From Candidatus Saccharimonas aalborgensis (lineage in GTDB: Bacteria; Patescibacteriota; Saccharimonadia; Saccharimonadales; Saccharimonadaceae): a DNA stretch of 32,000 nucleotides. Below, piece after piece: positions 26,823 to 32,000 of the stretch. The stretch spans positions 960,001-992,000 of the forward strand of contig NC_021219.1 in NCBI RefSeq assembly GCF_000392435.1. The letters are read 5' to 3'. The position numbers and the translations under genes were made by a program. The notes below the pieces were generated by a model. The model made no database searches and was not told the DNA's origin. It saw only the letters and a list, made by a program, of their open reading frames with translations. Numbering within the stretch: position 1 is the first letter of the stretch; each line of letters begins with the position of its first letter.

Positions 26823-27175
26823 TAAAACTCCAATCCTTCTTTACGTGCTGCATCTGCAAGTGCTCCCAGTCGGCCAGCATACTGGCGACCATTGCGGTCA
26901 AACACAACAGTGGTTATTTTTACTTTCTTAGCCTTCTTTGCAATTTCGGTACCGATACTGGCGCACTTTTCAGTCATCCTACCAGTCAGTTTGCTGCCTA
27001 CTGAGGTTGCGCTCGCAAGTGTATGTTGCTTGTCGTCATCAATTAACTGTGCGCTAACGTGCATATTGCTGATAACAACACTTAGTCGTGGTCTCTCGGC
27101 AGTACCGTGTACTTTTGCGCGAACACGACTCTTACGGAGGCTTCGGTTAAGCAGTTTTTTTGCTAAATTAGTCAT
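26822..27175 (-). CDS. rplR: Ribosomal protein uL18
   Basis: RKSRVRAKVHGTAERPRLSVVISNMHVSAQLIDDDKQHTLASATS...VVFDRNGRQYAGRLGALADAARKEGLEF. Confidence 0.95.
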   Translation of the reverse strand: MTNLAKKLLNRSLRKSRVRAKVHGTAERPRLSVVISNMHVSAQLIDDDKQHTLASATSVGSKLTGRMTEKCASIGTEIAKKAKKVKITTVVFDRNGRQYAGRLGALADAARKEGLEF

Positions 27176-27303
27176 TACTTCTTCCCTGCCTTTCCAGTCT
27201 GTGTATGAGACAAATCTACGGTTTTTCTCATCGCGCGGCGCACAGGAGTAAATCCTGATGCTCCGGCTGCTCTTTTCCCTTGGGTTATAGCTAGATCAGA
27301 CAT
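27175..27303 (-). CDS. Candidate 42-aa small ORF coupled between rplF and rplR
   Basis: Manual translation MSDLAITQGKRAAGASGFTPVRRAMRKTVDLSHTQTGKAGKK. Start overlaps the rplF stop (TAATG), stop overlaps the rplR start (TAATG), SD-like AGGCAGG at both junctions. Confidence 0.4.
   Translation of the reverse strand: MSDLAITQGKRAAGASGFTPVRRAMRKTVDLSHTQTGKAGKK
27205..27278 (-). ncRNA. Copy B of the repeated structured element (strand uncertain)
   Basis: Plus strand atgagacaaatctacggtttttctcatcgcgcggcgcacaggagtaaatcctgatgctccggctgctcttttcc, matching 12666-12737 in long identical blocks. Confidence 0.5.
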
Positions 27304-27839
27304 TATTTTTTACCTGCCTTTCCTGCTTTGCGGAGGATATGTTCACCAACGTATGCGATTCCCTTGCCCTTATATGGTTCGGGCTTCTTGATGGCTCGGA
27401 TCTCAGCGGCTACCTGACCGACAAGTTGCTTGTCAATCCCAGCGACTTTGATCGTCATCTTATCATTGATGATCTGAATACCAGCGGGTGCTTTGTACTT
27501 GACCGGGTGACTAAACCCGAGGCTCATATCGAGCTCGTTGTTGCTGGTACTCACGCGGTAGCCGACACCCTTGACCTCGAGTTGTTTCTCGAAGCCTTTG
27601 GTGACGCCCTCGACAGCATTGTTGAGGAGTGCACGCTGCAACCCATGCTGGGCCTTAGCGATGCGCTCGTCATCTTTGCGGGCGACAGTTAATTTACCGT
27701 CCTCGTGAGTGACAGTAACATCGGACAGATGCGGGACAGTCAACTCGCCCTTGGCGCCAGTGACCTTGATGACATCTGAATCGACTGTGATTGTCACACC
27801 CGAGGGAACAGTGATTGGTAGTTTTCCAATTCGACTCAT
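27303..27839 (-). CDS. rplF: Ribosomal protein uL6
   Basis: MSRIGKLPITVPSGVTITVDSDVIKVTGAKGELTV...GKGIAYVGEHILRKAGKAGKK. Confidence 0.96.
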   Translation of the reverse strand: MSRIGKLPITVPSGVTITVDSDVIKVTGAKGELTVPHLSDVTVTHEDGKLTVARKDDERIAKAQHGLQRALLNNAVEGVTKGFEKQLEVKGVGYRVSTSNNELDMSLGFSHPVKYKAPAGIQIINDKMTIKVAGIDKQLVGQVAAEIRAIKKPEPYKGKGIAYVGEHILRKAGKAGKK

Positions 27840-27857
27840 ATCTTTACCTTTCTTTAC

Positions 27858-28040
27858 TTATTCAAGTTCTTCATCGTCGTTAACCGGAACATAAGTATTA
27901 AACATGTGCAATACCTGCTCTCGATGCTCTAGCGTTATGCCCAGCAAGGAAGATCCAGCAATTTTCTTGTAAAACTCAGTTGCCGCAGTATCGAGATAGT
28001 CTCGTTGCTCGGGTGTTAATTCTGCTCGTGCCTTGACCAT
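27858..28040 (-). CDS. Hypothetical 60-aa protein between rplF and rpsH
   Basis: MVKARAELTPEQRDYLDTAATEFYKKIAGSSLLGITLEHREQVLHMFNTYVPVNDDEELE; tightly packed in the operon. Confidence 0.65.
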   Translation of the reverse strand: MVKARAELTPEQRDYLDTAATEFYKKIAGSSLLGITLEHREQVLHMFNTYVPVNDDEELE

Positions 28041-28041
28041 A

Positions 28042-28443
28042 CTAGTAAACCTTTAGGAGGACCTCTCCGCCTAGTTTGTTGCGTACGGCCTCGCTGCCGG
28101 TCATCACACCCCTTGAGGTTGAGACAAGCACGATGCCACGGCCACTCTTGACCTTCGGAATCTCGCTTGCACTGGCATAGACACGACGTCCAGGCTTGCT
28201 GACACGGGCGATTTCATTGATAGTGCTGTTTTCGCCTTCGTTGTTGATCGTCACGACAAGTGTACCACGTGGTTTGCCATCCTCGAGCTTGACATCAACA
28301 AGATAGCCGTTTTTGACAAGTTGCTCGGCAACGACGTGCTTGATTTTGCTGGTAGGGACACGGATTTCACGCTTGCCAACAGCGGCAGCGTTCCTGATGC
28401 GAGTCAGGAGGTCAGCGATGGGGTCGGTTGTTTGTAAACTCAT
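28042..28443 (-). CDS. rpsH: Ribosomal protein uS8
   Basis: MSLQTTDPIADLLTRIRNAAAVGKREIRVPTSKIKHVVAEQL...GRGIVLVSTSRGVMTGSEAVRNKLGGEVLLKVY. Confidence 0.96.
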   Translation of the reverse strand: MSLQTTDPIADLLTRIRNAAAVGKREIRVPTSKIKHVVAEQLVKNGYLVDVKLEDGKPRGTLVVTINNEGENSTINEIARVSKPGRRVYASASEIPKVKSGRGIVLVSTSRGVMTGSEAVRNKLGGEVLLKVY

Positions 28444-28460
28444 GAATTGATCTCCTTTCT

Positions 28461-28730
28461 TTACCAACTACTCTTAGTGATACCAGGGATTTCTCCCTTG
28501 ACTGCTTTTTCACGGAAATTGATACGGCTCAGGCCAAAGCGGCGCATAAATCCTCGGGGTCGTCCGCTCAAAACATCGCGGTTTTTCCAACGAGTAGGGC
28601 TCGAGTTTCGAGGTAACTTCTGGAGGCCATCGACATCTCCCAACTCCTTGAGCTCTGCACGCTTGGCGGCGTATTTCTGAATCATTCGCTGACGCTTTGC
28701 ATCTTTTGCGATCATAGATTTCTTAGCCAT
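28461..28730 (-). CDS. rpsN: Ribosomal protein uS14 (long, zinc-free form)
   Basis: [28 protein letters not shown]...[39 protein letters not shown]. Confidence 0.95.
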   Translation of the reverse strand: MAKKSMIAKDAKRQRMIQKYAAKRAELKELGDVDGLQKLPRNSSPTRWKNRDVLSGRPRGFMRRFGLSRINFREKAVKGEIPGITKSSW

Positions 28731-29315
28731 TTAGCGGCCTCCTTCTTTCTCAAACGGTAGTCCAAATTTCTCGAGTAACGCGCGGCTTGCTAGTTTGTTG
28801 CCTTGCTTGATGGCAAACGTGATTTGCATGCCGTGGACGAGTTGTGTTTCCTCGAAACTTAGTTCGGGGAAAATGCTCTGGTCGGTGATACCGAGATTGT
28901 AGTTACCGCCGCGATCAAACTTGAGGCCGACGCCGTGAAAGTCGCGGACACGTGGCAATGCGACATTGACAAAACGATCGAGGAACTCGTACATTTGTGT
29001 ACCACGAAGGGTGACGTTGATGCCAACAGGCGCACCCATACCAGCACGGATCTTGAACGTCGCAATTGATTTCTTTGCGAGACGTTCGACGGGCGCTTGG
29101 CCTGTGACGCGAGTCAGTGTATTCTTGACGGTTTCAAGCATACGCTTGTCGTCTTTTGTCTTACCTGTTCCTACGCTGACGACGATTTTCTCGAGAACTG
29201 GTACTTCATGTACGTTATCGAGCTTCAGTTCGGCTTGCAGTTCCTTGACATAGGTGTCACGGTACAAGGCTTTCAAGCGAGGAGTGTAGACGGCTTGTTT
29301 CTTGGATTCTGCCAT
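28731..29315 (-). CDS. rplE: Ribosomal protein uL5
   Basis: LDNVHEVPVLEKIVVSVGTGKTKDD...RDFHGVGLKFDRGGNYNLGITDQSIFPEL. Confidence 0.96.
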   Translation of the reverse strand: MAESKKQAVYTPRLKALYRDTYVKELQAELKLDNVHEVPVLEKIVVSVGTGKTKDDKRMLETVKNTLTRVTGQAPVERLAKKSIATFKIRAGMGAPVGINVTLRGTQMYEFLDRFVNVALPRVRDFHGVGLKFDRGGNYNLGITDQSIFPELSFEETQLVHGMQITFAIKQGNKLASRALLEKFGLPFEKEGGR

Positions 29316-29632
29316 TACTTAATCTCCTTATTTTTGAGTTGGCGAGCGACGCGCGCTTTGCCACCATCAACTTTATGTACGTAGCCGACGCGGCTTGTCT
29401 TGCTCGTCTTTTCATCGACGACAAGGGCAAGCTTGTGTAGGCTAACGGCAACATGAATGTCTTTTTTGCCACCACGCGGGTTGAGCTGACTTGGTTTGAC
29501 ATGTCGATGTCCGAGGCCAACTCCCTCAACAAGTGCACCTTGAGCAGAGAGTGCGAGCACTTTGCCTGTGGTACCTTTTTGTGATCCGCTTATGATCTTG
29601 ACGATATCACCAGTACGAATACGCTGAGCCAT
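29315..29632 (-). CDS. rplX: Ribosomal protein uL24
   Basis: MAQRIRTGDIVKIISGSQKGTTGKVLALSAQGALVEGVGLGHRHVKPSQLNPRGG; ORF extends upstream, ATG 29632 preferred. Confidence 0.94.
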   Translation of the reverse strand: MAQRIRTGDIVKIISGSQKGTTGKVLALSAQGALVEGVGLGHRHVKPSQLNPRGGKKDIHVAVSLHKLALVVDEKTSKTSRVGYVHKVDGGKARVARQLKNKEIK

Positions 29633-29633
29633 A

Positions 29634-30002
29634 CTAGAGTACCTCCGGCGCAAGGCTGATGATCTTTGCGTAGCCCAGATCGCGCAGCTCGCGGGGTACG
29701 GGACCAAAGACACGCGTTGCCTTGGGGGTCTTGTCATCGTTGATAATTACTGCGGCGTTATCATCAAAGCAGATTGTGCTACCGTCGCGGCGGCGAATTT
29801 GATCGCGTGTGCGAACGATAACTGCCTTGACAACTGACTTTTTCTTGACGTTTCCGGTGGGGTTGGCATCTTTTACGCTTGCGGTAATGATATCACCAAC
29901 TCTCGCATAGCGACGCCTAGAGCCACCAAGCACCTTGATACAAAGGATTTCCTTTGCACCACTGTTGTCGGTGACCTTGAGACGAGTTTCTTGTTGGATC
30001 AT
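29634..30002 (-). CDS. rplN: Ribosomal protein uL14
   Basis: [46 protein letters not shown]...[23 protein letters not shown]. Confidence 0.96.
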   Translation of the reverse strand: MIQQETRLKVTDNSGAKEILCIKVLGGSRRRYARVGDIITASVKDANPTGNVKKKSVVKAVIVRTRDQIRRRDGSTICFDDNAAVIINDDKTPKATRVFGPVPRELRDLGYAKIISLAPEVL

Positions 30003-30003
30003 G

Positions 30004-30333
30004 CTATGCGCCCTCCTCGTCTTTCTTGTCATGGTCGAGGTCAATCTTGTCCTCGACGGCTTCGTTGACCTCAGATTTGAGTTCGATCGAGCCCTTGCTG
30101 CGCTCAACAATCTTTTCGAGCACAAATGACTTTGTCTTGCTCACTGGTCGACATTCGACAATTGTCACCTTGTCGCCTTTGTTGGCGTCGTTTTTGGGAT
30201 CATGAGCAGCATAGGTACGGTTTACCGTATACTGCTTGCCATAAATCGGGTGCGTCTCTCGACTTGTCACGGTGACGACAATCGTCTTGTCGGCAAGGCT
30301 TGAGGTCACCACACCGGTCAATGATTTGGCCAT
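30004..30333 (-). CDS. rpsQ: Ribosomal protein uS17
   Basis: [73 protein letters not shown]. Confidence 0.94.
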   Translation of the reverse strand: MAKSLTGVVTSSLADKTIVVTVTSRETHPIYGKQYTVNRTYAAHDPKNDANKGDKVTIVECRPVSKTKSFVLEKIVERSKGSIELKSEVNEAVEDKIDLDHDKKDEEGA

Positions 30334-30564
30334 TTAGTTACCTTCCTTTCCTGCCAGCTCGGCTGCACGTTTGGCAGTCATGAGACGGGCGATTTCTTTA
30401 CGTGTCGTACGGAGGATGCGTGGGTTGACGAGCTCTCCGGCACGGTGTGAACGGCGGCTCTCAAAGAGGTCTTGGCGCTTAGCGGCAAGCTGCTCTGTCA
30501 CACTGGCGGCTGGCTTCTCTGACTTAGGGGTAGACGTTTTGGTTGTCTTTTTAGGTTCAGCCAT
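30334..30564 (-). CDS. rpmC: Ribosomal protein uL29
   Basis: LAAKRQDLFESRRSHRAGELVNPRILRTTRKEIARLMTAKRAAEL in canonical position. Confidence 0.9.
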   Translation of the reverse strand: MAEPKKTTKTSTPKSEKPAASVTEQLAAKRQDLFESRRSHRAGELVNPRILRTTRKEIARLMTAKRAAELAGKEGN

Positions 30565-30565
30565 A

Positions 30566-30979
30566 TTATGCCTCCTCTCTCTTTACAAACCGTGTCTTGA
30601 CGGGCAATTTGTGTCCAGCGAGACGCATCGCTTCGCGAGCAATCTCTTCAGTAACACCTTTCATTTCAAATAGCACGGTTCCGGTCTTGACCTTTGCGAC
30701 GTAAAATTCGGGGTTGCCCTTACCACCACCCATTTTGAGGCCCAGTGGCTTACGCGTTACTGGTGTGTGCGGGAAGATGCGAATCCAGATCTTACCACCA
30801 CGCTTGATGTAACGTGTCATCGCCTGACGAGCAGACTCGATCTGGCGGCTCGTAATGCGCTCATTGTCGAGGCTTTGGAGGCCGTAGTCGCCGAAGGCAA
30901 CATAGTGGCCACGCGTCGCGACGCCATCGTTTTTGCCGATGCGAACTTTGCGATGCGGAACTTTCTTTGGCAGAAGCAT
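30566..30979 (-). CDS. rplP: Ribosomal protein uL16
   Basis: [13 protein letters not shown]...[54 protein letters not shown]. Confidence 0.96.
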   Translation of the reverse strand: MLLPKKVPHRKVRIGKNDGVATRGHYVAFGDYGLQSLDNERITSRQIESARQAMTRYIKRGGKIWIRIFPHTPVTRKPLGLKMGGGKGNPEFYVAKVKTGTVLFEMKGVTEEIAREAMRLAGHKLPVKTRFVKREEA

Positions 30980-31623
30980 TAGACGTCACTCCTTTCACCC
31001 TTGTAGACCCATACTTTGACACCGATAATACCGGTACCATTAGGGCCAAGTGCACGTGCAGTATGGAAATCAATGTCAGCGCGAAGCGTATGAAGCGGGA
31101 CGGAACCCTCGATCACTTTTTCGCGACGGCTCATCTCGGCACCATTGAGTCGACCAGCGACCTCTATACGGATGCCTTTTGCACCAGCGTTCATGGCGTT
31201 TTGGGCAGCCATTTTGACCGCACGGCGGAAGTTGGCGCGGCGCTCAAGCTGACGAGCGATGTTTTCTGCAACCAGCTTTGCAGCGAGCTCGGGGCGTTTG
31301 ACTTCCTCAATATTGATGCGAACTGGCAAACTCGTGATTTTTTCGATATCTTTTTTGAGCTCAGTGACACCAGCACCACCTCGGCCGATGACGACGCCCG
31401 CTTTCGCAGTGTGAATTGTCACCGTGATGAGGTTTGCACTTCGCTCTACCTCAATTAAATTGATCGTTGGTCGACTCGCAAACTTAGCTTCGATGAGTTC
31501 GCGGACCCTTGCATCCTCCACCAGCCACTTGGCAAAATCACGCTTGTTTGAACTAAACCATCGTGAACTCCAGTTTTTGTGGACTTGGAGGCGGAAGCTA
31601 ATTGGGTTTACTTTTTGGCCCAT
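30979..31623 (-). CDS. rpsC: Ribosomal protein uS3
   Basis: [37 protein letters not shown]...[21 protein letters not shown]...[15 protein letters not shown]. Confidence 0.96.
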   Translation of the reverse strand: MGQKVNPISFRLQVHKNWSSRWFSSNKRDFAKWLVEDARVRELIEAKFASRPTINLIEVERSANLITVTIHTAKAGVVIGRGGAGVTELKKDIEKITSLPVRINIEEVKRPELAAKLVAENIARQLERRANFRRAVKMAAQNAMNAGAKGIRIEVAGRLNGAEMSRREKVIEGSVPLHTLRADIDFHTARALGPNGTGIIGVKVWVYKGERSDV

Positions 31624-31628
31624 ACTAT

Positions 31629-31829
31629 TTAAACCTCCTGTTCTTCTAGTTGAGCGAGAATTGCAGCTGCTTGTGCAACGCTCTCAGGTGAATGTACTGG
31701 AACCGGAGATGCTTCACGCAACTCTTGTGCGGGATACCAATCCCAGGGCATCGATACCTTACCTGGTTTATATTCTGCACCCTTAGGTAAGCCAAATTGG
31801 ATAACGTGCTTGGCTTGAGAGGTAATCAT
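31629..31829 (-). CDS. Hypothetical 66-aa protein between rplV and rpsC
   Basis: MITSQAKHVIQFGLPKGAEYKPGKVSMPWDWYPAQELREASPVPVHSPESVAQAAAILAQLEEQEV; start overlaps the rplV stop (TAATG). Confidence 0.7.
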   Translation of the reverse strand: MITSQAKHVIQFGLPKGAEYKPGKVSMPWDWYPAQELREASPVPVHSPESVAQAAAILAQLEEQEV

Positions 31830-32000
31830 TATTTTTCCCCCTTTGTAGTAGCCTCAGTTTTCTTCTCGGCTGGTTTCTTACGAACTTTTTCGGTACCACT
31901 TACCTCGACGAGGATGTGGCTACTGCGCTTTTGGAATGGCAAGGCGCGTCCGCGTGATGCAGGCTTGAACCGTCGCATACGAGGACCGGCGGTAACGCTT
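31829..32000 (-). CDS. rplV: Ribosomal protein uL22, C-terminal part (gene continues beyond window)
   Basis: Manual translation ...SVTAGPRMRRFKPASRGRALPFQKRSSHILVEVSGTEKVRKKPAEKKTEATTKGEK-stop. Confidence 0.88.
   Translation of the reverse strand, partial: SVTAGPRMRRFKPASRGRALPFQKRSSHILVEVSGTEKVRKKPAEKKTEATTKGEK

Noticed and set aside
26341-26931. 196-aa plus-strand ORF antisense to rpsE/rplR
   Set aside because: Fully antisense to confidently identified ribosomal genes; composition is a mirror of their codons. Same reasoning for 18191-18781, 18514-19068, 30967-31458 and 28859-29253.
1-32000. CRISPR arrays, transposases, integrases, restriction-modification or defence systems
   Set aside because: No regular short repeats with spacers and no recognisable defence or mobile-element proteins in the translated ORFs.

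Overview
The window looks like a Candidatus Saccharibacteria (TM7/CPR-type) chromosome segment; that assignment is inferred from gene content and order. The right half (about 18.1-32 kb) is a long minus-strand ribosomal superoperon: rplV(partial)-rpsC-rplP-rpmC-rpsQ-rplN-rplX-rplE-rpsN-rpsH-rplF-rplR-rpsE-rplO ... secY ... infA-rpmJ-rpsM-rpsK-rpsD-rpoA-rplQ-rplM-rpsI. uL30 is absent, and no adk or map is seen between secY and infA. Two isolated plus-strand genes (22435-22785 and 24549-25004) flank secY, each with its own promoter-like sequence. The left half carries a PAS/histidine kinase (partial), a YgjP-like metallopeptidase, a P-loop kinase-like protein, an LPXTG-type DUF11 surface protein, a GT4/GH57/GH15 polysaccharide cluster, rpmG, yajQ, holB, an RluA-type synthase, trpS, an AspA/AstE-like hydrolase and four tRNAs. 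The strongest unexplained observations are: (1) a ~73-nt sequence present twice, once between tRNA-Thr and tRNA-Tyr and once in an unusual rplF-rplR spacer, with compensatory-looking stem changes; the second copy also overlaps a coupled 42-aa small ORF whose 3' end duplicates the 3' end of rplF; (2) a consensus sigma70 promoter, short leader, antiterminator-like segment and intrinsic terminator upstream of a GNAT gene; (3) the autonomous plus-strand cassettes around secY. Two genes (NUDIX, GNAT) appear frameshifted.
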